64,000 bases of DNA from Spirochaetia bacterium (GTDB lineage Bacteria; Spirochaetota; Spirochaetia; UBA9216), in contig OY776510.1 in assembly GCA_963675665.1 (NCBI GenBank), positions 1,920,001 through 1,984,000 of the forward strand. Direction: 5' to 3'. This document shows positions 16,821-26,531 of the stretch, piece by piece; positions within the stretch are counted from its first letter, which is position 1, and each line of letters starts with the position of its first letter. The translations under genes and the position numbers were made by a program. Under the pieces are notes generated by a model. It was given only the letters and a program-made list of their open reading frames with translations. It was not told the DNA's origin and searched no databases.

Positions 16821-17995
16821 TGGCCGATATAAAGATTAATTTCTGCGGATTCAAACTGGATAATCCCGTGATTGTCCCCGCAGGGGCCCACGGCAGGGAC
16901 GCCGAGACCATTATCAGCGTCGGTAAAACCGGAGTAGCCGGTGTCTGCACTAAAACAATTACCGCCCAGGCTCCGCCGGATGTACGCCCGTGCTTTACGG
17001 CCGTTAATTCCGGCATGATCAATTCGGTATTCGGTTCGGATAAGCCGGCTGAATACTGGTTTTCGGAAGGTATTTCAAAGGCAAAAAAGACCGGCAGCGC
17101 GCTTGTGATTGCGAACCTGGCCGGTTTTTATCCCGAGCAGGCTGCCGAACTGGCAAAAATGGCGGTAGACTGCGGGGCTGATATGGTTGAAGTACCTACA
17201 CATTGCCCTCATATGGGCGAAATCCTGATGGCCATGTTTCCCGAAATGGAGATGTCCGAACCCAAACTTACGGACCTGGGCCCGATGAAAGCTTCGGTCG
17301 CCCTGATTAAAGAAGCAGTGAATGTTCCGGTAATCGTCAAACTCTCCGGAAGCTTTTCGAATATTGTCCGGGAATGGGCTGCCGGGGTCAGGGATTCGGG
17401 TGCGGATGCAATTGCGTGTTCCGATGCATTCGGACCGGCCCTTTCGATTGATCTCAAGACAGGACAACCGGCGCTCGGCGGACCGAGGGGCGTAGGAGGG
17501 CTGACAGGCCCGGCCATCAAGCCGATTGTACTGCGAATGGTAATGGAAATAGCCGATACGGTTGATTTACCGATAATAGGGGTCGGGGGAGCTTCAAGCG
17601 CTGAGGATGTTCTTGAATACACAATGGCGGGCGCTACCCTGGTAGGCGTATGCACTCACGGGCATATGAAAGGCATAAACGCATATGAAAAGCTTATAAA
17701 CTCCATATCCCCGGCACTTGACAAATACGGCTACGACAGCCTGGATGAGATCCGGGGATTGACTTTGAAACGAATTGAACAACGAAAAACTGAAGGAAAG
17801 CAGGCGGTTACAGAAGCTGTTGTACCTGCGGTTGATCATTCCCGTTGTATCCTCTGTAAAAAATGTGCCCGGGTATGTGCTTATGATGCTATAGTGATTA
17901 GGGACAAGGTTGAAGTATCGTCCGAAAAGTGTTACGGCTGCGGTTTGTGCGTCAGCGTATGCCCTGAAGATGCTTTGAGCCAGAATTATTACTAA
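16820..17995 (+). CDS. Dihydroorotate/dihydropyrimidine dehydrogenase-like (PreA-like) flavoprotein with C-terminal 2x4Fe-4S
   Basis: G.KL.NPVI, KTIT, CPH, PVIVKL, GGLTGPAIKP and PIIGVGG. C-terminal CILCKKCARVC and CYGCGLCVSVCP. Confidence 0.85.
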   Translation: MADIKINFCGFKLDNPVIVPAGAHGRDAETIISVGKTGVAGVCTKTITAQAPPDVRPCFTAVNSGMINSVFGSDKPAEYWFSEGISKAKKTGSALVIANLAGFYPEQAAELAKMAVDCGADMVEVPTHCPHMGEILMAMFPEMEMSEPKLTDLGPMKASVALIKEAVNVPVIVKLSGSFSNIVREWAAGVRDSGADAIACSDAFGPALSIDLKTGQPALGGPRGVGGLTGPAIKPIVLRMVMEIADTVDLPIIGVGGASSAEDVLEYTMAGATLVGVCTHGHMKGINAYEKLINSISPALDKYGYDSLDEIRGLTLKRIEQRKTEGKQAVTEAVVPAVDHSRCILCKKCARVCAYDAIVIRDKVEVSSEKCYGCGLCVSVCPEDALSQNYY

Positions 17996-18060
17996 TACAG
18001 TTTTAAATATGTTATTTATTAGCCGGAAGGCTGTAAAAATAAATAAAAAAGGAGAAAACC

Positions 18061-19149
18061 ATGAAGGATAACAAAAAAATCCTGGCCGCGGCAGTAATTT
18101 TCTTACTGCTGATCACTCCGGTTCTTGTTTTTGCAGGAGGACAGCAGGAAGCTGCCGCTCCGGCAGCTCAGGAAGTCAAGAAGGAAGAACCTGCAAAAAA
18201 GGCTGAACCGTTCAAGCTGGCGGTAGTTGTCCCGGGCGTAACAGCCGGCAGTCCGCTATATGAACAGCTTGTTGAAGGGGCTCAGAAAGCTGTTGATGAA
18301 TATCCGAACGCTTCGATGAAGGTTGTCGAGCTTGGATTCAATCAGGCCGAATGGGCGGAAAAGATGACATCAATAGTTGCAACCTCCATGTATGACGTTG
18401 TTATCACTTCAAACCCGTCAATGCCGTTTGTATGTATGGATCTTGCCGCGCAGTTCCCCGAGCAGAAGTTTATTTTCGTCGATGCGTTTATAGAAGGGCA
18501 TCCCCAGATGGCTTCTTTCCTCTACAACCAGGTAGAGCAGTCCTATATGCTCGGTTATCTTGCCGGACTTATTACTACCAGCAAAATGCCGGGCGCAAAT
18601 GCTGATCTTAAAATCGGAGTTGTTGTAGCACAGGAATATCCCGCGCTTAACAAAATGATGGTTCCCGGTTTTGAACAGGGTGCCAAGGCGGTTAACCCCG
18701 GAATAACTCTTGATTATCGTGTAATCGGAAACTGGTATGATGCAAATAAAGCGGGTGAACTGGCAAAGAGCATGGTTGATTCGGGAGTAGATGTCATCGG
18801 CGTTATCTGCGGCGGAGCAGCCCCCGGTGTATTCGAAGTCTGTAAGGAAAGAAACAAATACGTTATGTACTGGGATGATAATTCCTACTCAAAGGCTCCC
18901 GGGATCATTGCAGGCTGCGGTGCTCTGCACCAGACCAAGCTTGTATATGAAGTTGTAAGCGATGCCATCAATGGAATGGTTGATTACGGAACAGGAACAA
19001 AGCTCTATTCAAGAGACGGATATATTGAATTTGTAAGCGATGATCCTAACTATATCAGCCTGATTCCGGAAGATATCAAGGCGAAGCAGAAGGAAGTTGT
19101 TGACTCAATCATGTCGGGGAAACTGAAACTGGAGATTCCCCAACTGTAA
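18061..19149 (+). CDS. rfuA: BMP-family ABC substrate-binding protein resembling spirochaetal riboflavin-binding RfuA
   Basis: Signal peptide ending FAGGQQE. Motifs VPG...SP.Y, NQA.W.EK, SNP..P, YNQ.EQ.Y..G, NAD.KIG, GNWYDA.K, ICGGA, WDDN.Y..APG and DGY..F...DP.Y match my recollection of Treponema RfuA (needs alignment). Confidence 0.7.
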   Translation: MKDNKKILAAAVIFLLLITPVLVFAGGQQEAAAPAAQEVKKEEPAKKAEPFKLAVVVPGVTAGSPLYEQLVEGAQKAVDEYPNASMKVVELGFNQAEWAEKMTSIVATSMYDVVITSNPSMPFVCMDLAAQFPEQKFIFVDAFIEGHPQMASFLYNQVEQSYMLGYLAGLITTSKMPGANADLKIGVVVAQEYPALNKMMVPGFEQGAKAVNPGITLDYRVIGNWYDANKAGELAKSMVDSGVDVIGVICGGAAPGVFEVCKERNKYVMYWDDNSYSKAPGIIAGCGALHQTKLVYEVVSDAINGMVDYGTGTKLYSRDGYIEFVSDDPNYISLIPEDIKAKQKEVVDSIMSGKLKLEIPQL

Positions 19150-19164
19150 GGTTGAAAATGAACA

Positions 19165-19192
19165 GAGGCCGTGGGCGGAAGTCCACGGCTTC
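19165..19192 (+). terminator. Stem-loop after binding-protein gene (mRNA stabiliser or partial terminator)
   Basis: gaggccgtgggc-GGAA-gtccacggcttc, GNRA loop. Confidence 0.65.
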
Positions 19193-19215
19193 AAATTTTA
19201 TTCAGGAAGGTGTAA

Positions 19216-20760
19216 GTGGAATCCTATCTTGGCATGCAGAACATCTGTAAAACGTTCAGTACAACGGGGCTTAAAGCAAACGACAATGTGAACCTTAATG
19301 TAAAAAAAGGGGAAATACACGCGCTTGTAGGTGAAAACGGCGCCGGAAAGACAACTCTGATGAATATCCTTTACGGGATAGAGCAAATGGATTCCGGGGT
19401 TGTCAGGCTCAACGGCAGGGATGTGAAGATTAACAATCCGATTGATGCAAACCGCCTGGGGATAGGAATGGTCCATCAGCACTTTAAACTAATAAACGAG
19501 TTTACTGTTGCCCAGAATGTGGTTTTGGGAATTGAGCCTGTTAAAGGGGCTGTTTTTTTTGATAACAGGAGGGCAGAGAAGGCTGTAGCCGATGTTATTG
19601 AAAAAAATCATTTCCATATTTCACCGGACGCCAGAATATCAGAGCTTAGCGTAGGACAGATGCAGCAGGTAGAAATAATAAAAATGCTCTACCGAAAGGC
19701 CGAACTGCTGATTCTTGATGAACCCACGTCGGTTCTGACGGAACAGGAGATACAAAGACTATTTGAAACCCTTACCGGACTTATCAAGCAGGATAAAACG
19801 ATTATTATTATCACTCATAAGCTTACCGAGGTTAAGGATATATCGGATCGCATTACCGTAATGAGGCGGGGTCAGGTTGTTGCTGAAAAGGATACGGCCG
19901 ATGTAGATGAAAGCGAAATATCCAGGCTAATGGTAGGAAAGCGCGTGCTGTTTGATTTCGGACAGAAGGTGGACGGCTGCAGGGACGCTGTTCTCAGTCT
20001 TGAAGATGTCACTATCAGCAAAAAAAAGCAGGGACGGCTTGTGCTTGATAGCATTAATTTCAGCGCTTCGACATGCGAGATTGTAGGGATAACCGGGGTA
20101 GCCGGAAACGGTCTTACCGAACTTGAAGATGTTATTGCAGGTTTGCAGAAAATCAGCAGCGGAAAGATATACCATAATGACAGTGATATTACTAATATTT
20201 CACCACGGGAGCGGCGTGACAAGGGCCTTGCGTATGTACCCACAGACAGGCTCAACCGCGGTTCAAGCCTTGAAACTTCAGTAAAGGAAAACCTTATATT
20301 GACCAGTCATCATGAGTTTATGAAATCGGGCGGAATTTTTGACGAAGAAAAGATTACACGTCACAGCAAGCGGCTTATTTCAGAATACATGATTGACGGG
20401 TCGTCCGATGTTGCAATCGGGACATTGTCGGGAGGCAATATCCAGAAAGTTATTCTGGCGCGTGAACTTGACCGGGTTAAGGATTTTGTTTTGTTCTCGG
20501 AACCGACCTGGGGGCTTGATGTTGCAAGCAGCGAGTTTATATACGAAAAGATGCTTGAAATGAGGGCGAGGGGCGTTGCAGTAGTTCTGATATCATCCAA
20601 CATAGATGAAATCCTGTCGCTTTCCGATACAATAATTGTTTTGTACCGGGGCAGAATTGTAACCAGGAAGAACGCCGGATCTGAACTTACGCGTGAGGAG
20701 ATAGGCGAGTATATGCTGGGTATCAAGGATGATTTTAAGGGAGACGCAGATGAAAATTAA
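19216..20760 (+). CDS. ABC ATP-binding protein, nucleoside/riboflavin (NupA/RfuB-like), two NBDs
   Basis: GENGAGKT, GMVHQHF, LILDEPT, THK and LSGGNIQK..PTWGLDV. Confidence 0.92.
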   Translation: MESYLGMQNICKTFSTTGLKANDNVNLNVKKGEIHALVGENGAGKTTLMNILYGIEQMDSGVVRLNGRDVKINNPIDANRLGIGMVHQHFKLINEFTVAQNVVLGIEPVKGAVFFDNRRAEKAVADVIEKNHFHISPDARISELSVGQMQQVEIIKMLYRKAELLILDEPTSVLTEQEIQRLFETLTGLIKQDKTIIIITHKLTEVKDISDRITVMRRGQVVAEKDTADVDESEISRLMVGKRVLFDFGQKVDGCRDAVLSLEDVTISKKKQGRLVLDSINFSASTCEIVGITGVAGNGLTELEDVIAGLQKISSGKIYHNDSDITNISPRERRDKGLAYVPTDRLNRGSSLETSVKENLILTSHHEFMKSGGIFDEEKITRHSKRLISEYMIDGSSDVAIGTLSGGNIQKVILARELDRVKDFVLFSEPTWGLDVASSEFIYEKMLEMRARGVAVVLISSNIDEILSLSDTIIVLYRGRIVTRKNAGSELTREEIGEYMLGIKDDFKGDADEN

Positions 20761-21790
20761 CCGCAGCGAAATGTTTATCTCATTTTCAGCGCTTCTAATC
20801 ACTCTCGGCGCGGCATTTCTGGTTATGCTTTTAATGATTTTTCTGATGAGCGAGACACCGGGTGAAACTATCTGGTTCTTTTTTGCCGGGCCGCTGACAA
20901 ACAGATATTACCTGGGAAACATGTTTAACGCCGCCATCCCCCTGATCCTGACCGGGCTTGGGATTTCGTTTGCATTCAGGGCATCAATGTTTAATCTCGG
21001 GGGCGAAGGCCAGGTATACGCCGGCGGATTGGCCGCCACAGCTGTCTGCCTTGCAATGCCAGCCGCCGCAGGTTTTTTCGGAATCACCGTCAGCCTTCTG
21101 GCGGCAGTTGTTACCGGCTCCGTGATTGCCGGGCTCTCAGGATTTTTCAAGATGAAATGGAGAACGGATGAACTGATATCATCATTTCTTATCTCAAATG
21201 CACTGATATATGTAGTTGACTTTTTCATTACGGGGCCGCTTGATGATCCTGTAAACAACCTGCTTACTACCGGTAAAATTTCCGAGCAGTTTTGGTTTAT
21301 GAAGATCTTTTTACCGTCAAATCTTGATATCAGCATCATTTTTGTAGTTTTAATCGCTGTTCTGGCCTTTTTCTATTTATTCAGAACCCATCAGGGCTAT
21401 GAAATGAGAATGTGCGGTCTTAATTCGGAATTTGCACGGTACGGGGGGATTAATGTAAAAATCTATATGATTCTGCCGATGCTGTGGAGCGGCGCTTTTC
21501 ACGGTCTTGCCGGCGCATTATCAATTCTGGGTACGCACCATATGTGCCTGAAAGGTTTTTCCGGAGGAATGGGCTGGAACGGAATTGCCGTTGCGCTTAT
21601 AGCCAAGAACAATCCTGTGGCTGTAATACCGGCGGCGTTGTTTTTTGCATACCTGGAGGCCGGGGCAAAGTCAGCAATGATTAATGCCGATGTTACAATT
21701 GAAATAGCGTCCGTTGTCCAGTCGGTTGTATTCTTTTTAATAACGGCCCAGGCCATATATAATTTTGTCAGATACAGGAGTGCAAGATGA
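20750..21790 (+). CDS. ABC permease (NupB/RfuC-like)
   Basis: Hydrophobic. FNLGGEGQ, G.EMR..G.N.EFARYGG and GWNGIAVALIA.NNP. Confidence 0.9.
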   Translation: MKINRSEMFISFSALLITLGAAFLVMLLMIFLMSETPGETIWFFFAGPLTNRYYLGNMFNAAIPLILTGLGISFAFRASMFNLGGEGQVYAGGLAATAVCLAMPAAAGFFGITVSLLAAVVTGSVIAGLSGFFKMKWRTDELISSFLISNALIYVVDFFITGPLDDPVNNLLTTGKISEQFWFMKIFLPSNLDISIIFVVLIAVLAFFYLFRTHQGYEMRMCGLNSEFARYGGINVKIYMILPMLWSGAFHGLAGALSILGTHHMCLKGFSGGMGWNGIAVALIAKNNPVAVIPAALFFAYLEAGAKSAMINADVTIEIASVVQSVVFFLITAQAIYNFVRYRSAR

Positions 21791-22689
21791 ACGGCAATGA
21801 GTTCACAATCCCTCTGATACATAATTCAATAAATATAATGACTCCGTTCCTGCTTGCCGGAATCGGCGGCCTGATGACCGAGCTTGCCGGAATGCTTAAT
21901 ATCGCGCTTGAAGGTCTGATCCTTATAGGTGCATTTTTCAGCGTAATTTTCGCAGCTGCCACGGGAAGCCTGTTTCTGGGACTGCTGCTTGGAATTCTTA
22001 TGACAGTGCTTGTTTCATATGTGTTCGGAGCAATTACCCTTTACCTCAAGGCAAATGTATTTATAACCGGGCTGGCAACAAACCTTCTTGCCGGGGGACT
22101 TACAGCTGTTTTGTCTTTCTATTTTTTCGGAACAAAGGGAAACCTGATGTTTAACGATCTCCCTGATCTGCCGCGGCTGAATGTTCCCGCACTTCATGGA
22201 ATCCCGGTGATTGGAGATATTCTTTTCGGTCATAATGTTCTTGTTTACATAGGATGGGTGATTGTAATAATTGCGTGGATAGCCATTTATAAGACCGCGT
22301 TCGGTTTCAGACTTCGGGGGACGGGAAGTAATCCGAAAGCCATGATAGCACTGGGATTGAATCCGAAAAACTACCAGATGATTGGAATCCTTATTTCCGG
22401 GTTTACCTGCGGAATTGCGGGGGCTGTGCTTACGCTTAACCTGGGAGCGTATGTTCCGAACATATCGGCAGGAAGGGGATGGATTGCACTGGTTGTAATA
22501 TACCTCGGCGGGAAAACACCCTTCGGTATTCTCGGGGCTGCTTTTGTGTTCGGACTTGCCGAGAGCCTGTCCAATTACGCGCAGGGGTTTACGGACATAC
22601 CGGCGGATTTCATCCTGGCTTTTCCGTATATAATAACTGTTGTTGCGATGGTGATAATGTCGGTTGTCCGGCATCGGCGGGAGGAATAG
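21787..22689 (+). CDS. ABC permease (NupC/RfuD-like)
   Basis: E.AG.LNIALEG, T.FG.RLR..G.NP, GRGWIAL and FPY..T. Confidence 0.9.
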   Translation: MNGNEFTIPLIHNSINIMTPFLLAGIGGLMTELAGMLNIALEGLILIGAFFSVIFAAATGSLFLGLLLGILMTVLVSYVFGAITLYLKANVFITGLATNLLAGGLTAVLSFYFFGTKGNLMFNDLPDLPRLNVPALHGIPVIGDILFGHNVLVYIGWVIVIIAWIAIYKTAFGFRLRGTGSNPKAMIALGLNPKNYQMIGILISGFTCGIAGAVLTLNLGAYVPNISAGRGWIALVVIYLGGKTPFGILGAAFVFGLAESLSNYAQGFTDIPADFILAFPYIITVVAMVIMSVVRHRREE

Positions 22690-22720
22690 AAGCGTTTTAA
22701 AGTAAAACATCATGTTGTGC

Positions 22721-22785
22721 TTGATAAACCGGAAACTCTAACGTATAATAAACCTAACGTTATACGTAAGAAAAAACAACGTAAG
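22721..22785 (+). promoter_or_regulatory. Sigma70 promoter with candidate MerR-type operator
   Basis: TTGATA(22721)-17 bp-TATAAT(22744). Imperfect palindrome ctaacgt-tat-acgtaag at 22754-22770, with extra half-sites at 22738 and 22779. Confidence 0.6.
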
Positions 22786-22791
22786 GTGTGT

Positions 22792-23235
22792 ATGTACAGG
22801 ATAGGTGATTTGGCAAAGCTTGCGGACGTAACCGTAAGAACCATTCGATATTATGAAGAACTGGGGCTTATTGAGGCCCCGAACAGAAAGGACAGCGGTC
22901 AGAGAAGGTATTCCGAGAAGGATTTAATCTATCTGAAACGAATCATCCAGCTTAAAAGCTACGGGCTGACGCTCGTTGAGATTAAAGAGATTATCGATCT
23001 CGGGAAAACGGACCCTTCCGGTGAAATGCGTAGAATCAGGCTGTTGAAACATTACAGAGAAAAGATGAGCGATGCCATGACCAGGAAAGAGAATCTTGAG
23101 AGTTATATTGATGAGCTTAAATGGCATGTAGAACAGCTTGAGGAGGTCTCTGACTTTCAGGGCTGCCCGGGTCCGGCCTGCGCGGACTGCAAGTTTCTTG
23201 AGAAGTGCCGTTTTGCGGTTAGAGAGGAGGACTAA
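22792..23235 (+). CDS. MerR-family transcriptional regulator with C-terminal 4-Cys cluster
   Basis: MYRIGDLAKLADVTVRTIRYYEELGLI...R.YS. C-terminus CPGPACADCKFLEKC. ATG 22792 follows AAGGTG. Confidence 0.9.
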   Translation: MYRIGDLAKLADVTVRTIRYYEELGLIEAPNRKDSGQRRYSEKDLIYLKRIIQLKSYGLTLVEIKEIIDLGKTDPSGEMRRIRLLKHYREKMSDAMTRKENLESYIDELKWHVEQLEEVSDFQGCPGPACADCKFLEKCRFAVREED

Positions 23236-24257
23236 TGAAATCAGCTGTACTGGTTGATGCCGGTAAAATAGAAATACAGGAAGTTCCTGTTCCCGAATGC
23301 GGAGATAATGACGTACTTGTAAAGATCGCGTACTGCGGAATCTGTACCCTGGAGCAGCGGCTGTTCAGCGGCGATATGAAAATATATTACCCGATAGTGC
23401 CGGGGCATGAGGCGTCAGGCACTGTTGAGGCGGTCGGCAGCGGGGTCAAGTCGTCGATAAAGCCCGGGGACCGGGTTGCTCTTGATATGGTCTACCGCTG
23501 TCATCAATGTTATTACTGCCGCACCGGGCAATCCAATTTATGCGAGAACCGTTTCAGTAAGGGTATCAAGCCTCTTGGGGGGTTTTCGCAATATGTGGCT
23601 GTTGAACCTGCAAGGATCTTCCAGGTCGGCGACAGCCTGCCGCTTGAAGAAGCAGCCTTTGTTGAACCTGTTGCCTGTTGTCTTCGTTCGCTTAAAAAAC
23701 TTAATGTAACTGTCGCCGAAGATGTGCTGATTGTCGGAGCCGGACCGATGGGGCTGATGCATCTTCAGGTTGCGCTTGTTATGGGTGCAAGGGTATTTGT
23801 TTCCGATGTTGATGAATCAAGACTGAAAACGGCCGGGCAGATGGGAGCCGACGGGATAATAAACCCGCTGAAACAGGATGTGGCGGGTGTGCTCAAAGCC
23901 CAAACAGACGGACGGGGTGTTGATGCCTGTGTTGTTACCAGCCCGGCGCTTCCCGCGCTGGATTCTGCGTTTCAGTCGATACGAAAAAACGGCAGGATTA
24001 ATATTTATACTGCATATATGACGGATAAACCGGAAATGCCTATTGATATGAATACGCTTCACAGGAATGAAGTTCTTGTAACCGGTACGGAAGGCCGTAC
24101 CGAGTTTGATTTTCAACAGGCCGCAAGACTGCTTTCTTTCGGAAAAATAAACATTAAGCCGTTGATAAGCAGAATTGCAGGTTTCGGGGATTTGGAAGAC
24201 GGTATAAAAGCCGCTTCAGGAACCGGGACCCAGCGTGTCCTTTTGAGGCTTAACTGA
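23235..24257 (+). CDS. Zn-dependent medium-chain (polyol) dehydrogenase
   Basis: CGICT, GHEASG, C..C.YC..G....C and GAGPMG. Confidence 0.9.
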   Translation: MKSAVLVDAGKIEIQEVPVPECGDNDVLVKIAYCGICTLEQRLFSGDMKIYYPIVPGHEASGTVEAVGSGVKSSIKPGDRVALDMVYRCHQCYYCRTGQSNLCENRFSKGIKPLGGFSQYVAVEPARIFQVGDSLPLEEAAFVEPVACCLRSLKKLNVTVAEDVLIVGAGPMGLMHLQVALVMGARVFVSDVDESRLKTAGQMGADGIINPLKQDVAGVLKAQTDGRGVDACVVTSPALPALDSAFQSIRKNGRINIYTAYMTDKPEMPIDMNTLHRNEVLVTGTEGRTEFDFQQAARLLSFGKINIKPLISRIAGFGDLEDGIKAASGTGTQRVLLRLN

Positions 24258-25717
24258 TGATAATTGCATTTGATATAGGAACGACAGTTCTGAAGGCTGC
24301 GCTTTTAACTGAAGACGGAAAATTCAGGGGACTGACATCAAGATCGATGTCACTCTGCGATACCGTTGAAAGCGGCTGTTATGAGGCGGAATCCCGCGAG
24401 TGGATAGAGGCTTTCGGTTCTGCCGTAAAGGAACTGCTGCAAATCCCAGGGGCGGAAAGTTTGAGGGCCGTCGTGATAAGCGGAAACGGTCCGACCCTTG
24501 TGCCGGTAGCGTCCGACGGGACCTTCCTTGAACCTGTGATGTCGTGGATGGATCGCAGGGGTACTGAACAATCCCGGAAAATCGGGAGCGTGCAGGACTT
24601 TGTAATCGACCCGACATTCTATCTTCCGAAGGCTATGTGGATAGCAGACAACCTGCCCGAAGTTTATAAACAAACGAAATACTTCCTCTCATGTCCTGAA
24701 GCTATGGCTTTCTGGCTGACCGGAGAGGCTGTAACGATTCTTCCCGGGCTGAAATTTGAAAAATATTTCTGGAGTGATACTCTCCTCGAGGCTGTAGGGA
24801 TGGACAAAACCAAATTTCCCGGTTTTGTGAAGCCCGGGCATATAACAGGAAAGATCAGCCGTAGCGGGGCCGTCGAATCAGGGCTGCCCGAAGGGCTGCC
24901 GGTAGTATCCGCAGGCCCTGATTTTGTTGTAACCCAGCTAGGCACTGCGGCTGTATATCCGGGACGGGCCTGCGACAGGGCCGGGACCTCGGAAGGAATT
25001 AACCTGTGTACAGAAAAGTATGTGGAAGATCCGAGGCTTATGGGATACGGACATGTTGTTGAGCCGTGGTTCAATATTTCAGGGATTATCTCCACATCGG
25101 GAAAAGCCTTTGAATGGGCGAAACAGCAGTACGGCGATTTTGATGATGATTATGAAAGTCTTCTGAAAGCTGCAAAAACTGCATCTCCCGGGGCCGACGG
25201 GCTGATTTTCCTGCCTTACCTCGCAGGCGAGCGGGCCCCGCACTGGGACCCTTCCGCACGCGGCGCTTTTATCGGTCTCGGTCTGCACCACGGGCGGGCG
25301 GAAATGATCAGGGCCGTACTGGAGTCGATCGGATTTGCAATGCGTGACGTTATTGATGTGATGGCGGAAAACGACGGCCGTGTCGACGAGTTGAGAATCA
25401 CAGGGGGTCCGTCAAAAAGTCCGCTTTGGAACCAGATAAAAGCCGACGTAACCGGCCGGAGACTGCTGGTCCCCGAATCAACCGAATCGGAACTTCTGGG
25501 TAATCTGGTTATTGCTCTCAGGGCACTGGGCGATACCGATGAACTGGCCGACACGGCAGATCGAATTGTAAGGATCAGGGATGTCTATGAACCCGATCCG
25601 AACAGGCATGCTCTTTATTCGGAATATTTTGAAATATACAGGGATTCGTACAAGAGACTGAAGGATATATTCAGCTCACTGCAGAAAGCAGTCCCCGGCA
25701 GGGGGAAAGGAGAATAG
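24257..25717 (+). CDS. FGGY-family carbohydrate kinase
   Basis: DIGTTVLKA, W.D.RG, FLPYLAGERAPHWD..ARGAFIGL, TGGPSKS.LWNQIKADV. Confidence 0.92.
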   Translation: MIIAFDIGTTVLKAALLTEDGKFRGLTSRSMSLCDTVESGCYEAESREWIEAFGSAVKELLQIPGAESLRAVVISGNGPTLVPVASDGTFLEPVMSWMDRRGTEQSRKIGSVQDFVIDPTFYLPKAMWIADNLPEVYKQTKYFLSCPEAMAFWLTGEAVTILPGLKFEKYFWSDTLLEAVGMDKTKFPGFVKPGHITGKISRSGAVESGLPEGLPVVSAGPDFVVTQLGTAAVYPGRACDRAGTSEGINLCTEKYVEDPRLMGYGHVVEPWFNISGIISTSGKAFEWAKQQYGDFDDDYESLLKAAKTASPGADGLIFLPYLAGERAPHWDPSARGAFIGLGLHHGRAEMIRAVLESIGFAMRDVIDVMAENDGRVDELRITGGPSKSPLWNQIKADVTGRRLLVPESTESELLGNLVIALRALGDTDELADTADRIVRIRDVYEPDPNRHALYSEYFEIYRDSYKRLKDIFSSLQKAVPGRGKGE

Positions 25718-26506
25718 ATGAATTTCGGAAAAACAGTCAGAATGAATAATATATTCAGAAAGGATACCGGCAGATCGGTAATCGTTGCCATTGATCACGG
25801 TGGAATAGCCGGGCCCATGAAGGGTATCAATGAGCCTGCAAAACTGATTCAGGCCTGTGTCGACGGAGGCGCGGATGGGGTTCTCACAACCAGGGGGTTT
25901 CTGAGAGCGGCTGAAGATGGGTTTGACCGAAACCTTTCAATTATCCTTAGACTGACCGGCGGATTCACAGTTCTCGGGGGGATGTTTGAAGAAGAGATGA
26001 TTACCTCTGTTGAAACCGCGCTTCGTTACGGTTCGGCCGGCGCCGCTGTTACCGTAAAATTCGGTCACCAGCGGGAAGGTCATTTTACCAGGCAGGCGTC
26101 GCTTGTTGCAGACAGCTGTGAGGAATGGGGGCTTCCGCTTATGGTTGAAGCAATGGCAAAAGGAAAGGATCTGAAAGCCACTGATCCGAAGGGGATAAAA
26201 CTCGCTGCCCGCGCAGCAGCCGAGATAGGGGCCGATATGGTTAAAACATATTATACCGGTGATCCTGACTCATTTGCCGAAGTTGTTGAAGGCTGCATGG
26301 TTCCTGTTGTGATCCTCGGCGGGGAAAAAAGCGATTCAATCCGTGATGTTTTTGACGATGTGTACTATTCGATTCAGGCAGGCGGTTCAGGTATAGCAAT
26401 CGGCCGGAATATATGGCAGCATGAAAATGTAAAAGCGATGGTTGAAGCCATGTGCGGACTCGTTCATGAAGGATGGTCTGTGGATCAGGCAATGGCCCAT
26501 ATATAA
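25718..26506 (+). CDS. Class I aldolase, DhnA/LsrF/ADH-synthase family
   Basis: AIDHG, AR.AAEIGADMVKTYY (Schiff-base Lys), PVVILGG and GRNIWQH. Confidence 0.9.
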   Translation: MNFGKTVRMNNIFRKDTGRSVIVAIDHGGIAGPMKGINEPAKLIQACVDGGADGVLTTRGFLRAAEDGFDRNLSIILRLTGGFTVLGGMFEEEMITSVETALRYGSAGAAVTVKFGHQREGHFTRQASLVADSCEEWGLPLMVEAMAKGKDLKATDPKGIKLAARAAAEIGADMVKTYYTGDPDSFAEVVEGCMVPVVILGGEKSDSIRDVFDDVYYSIQAGGSGIAIGRNIWQHENVKAMVEAMCGLVHEGWSVDQAMAHI

Positions 26507-26531
26507 ACTGAAGAAAATAAGGCAGGTTTGG

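Noticed and set aside
1916-17995. Cluster as the known ygeW/ssnA/hyuA/xdh purine degradation locus or a creatinine-sarcosine pathway
   Set aside because: Not excluded, but disfavoured. No ygeX/ygeY/ygfK-like genes are seen in the window, the GrdE-like subunit lacks the Cys used for glycine/sarcosine, and neither route explains AOR plus the polyol-cleaving trio.
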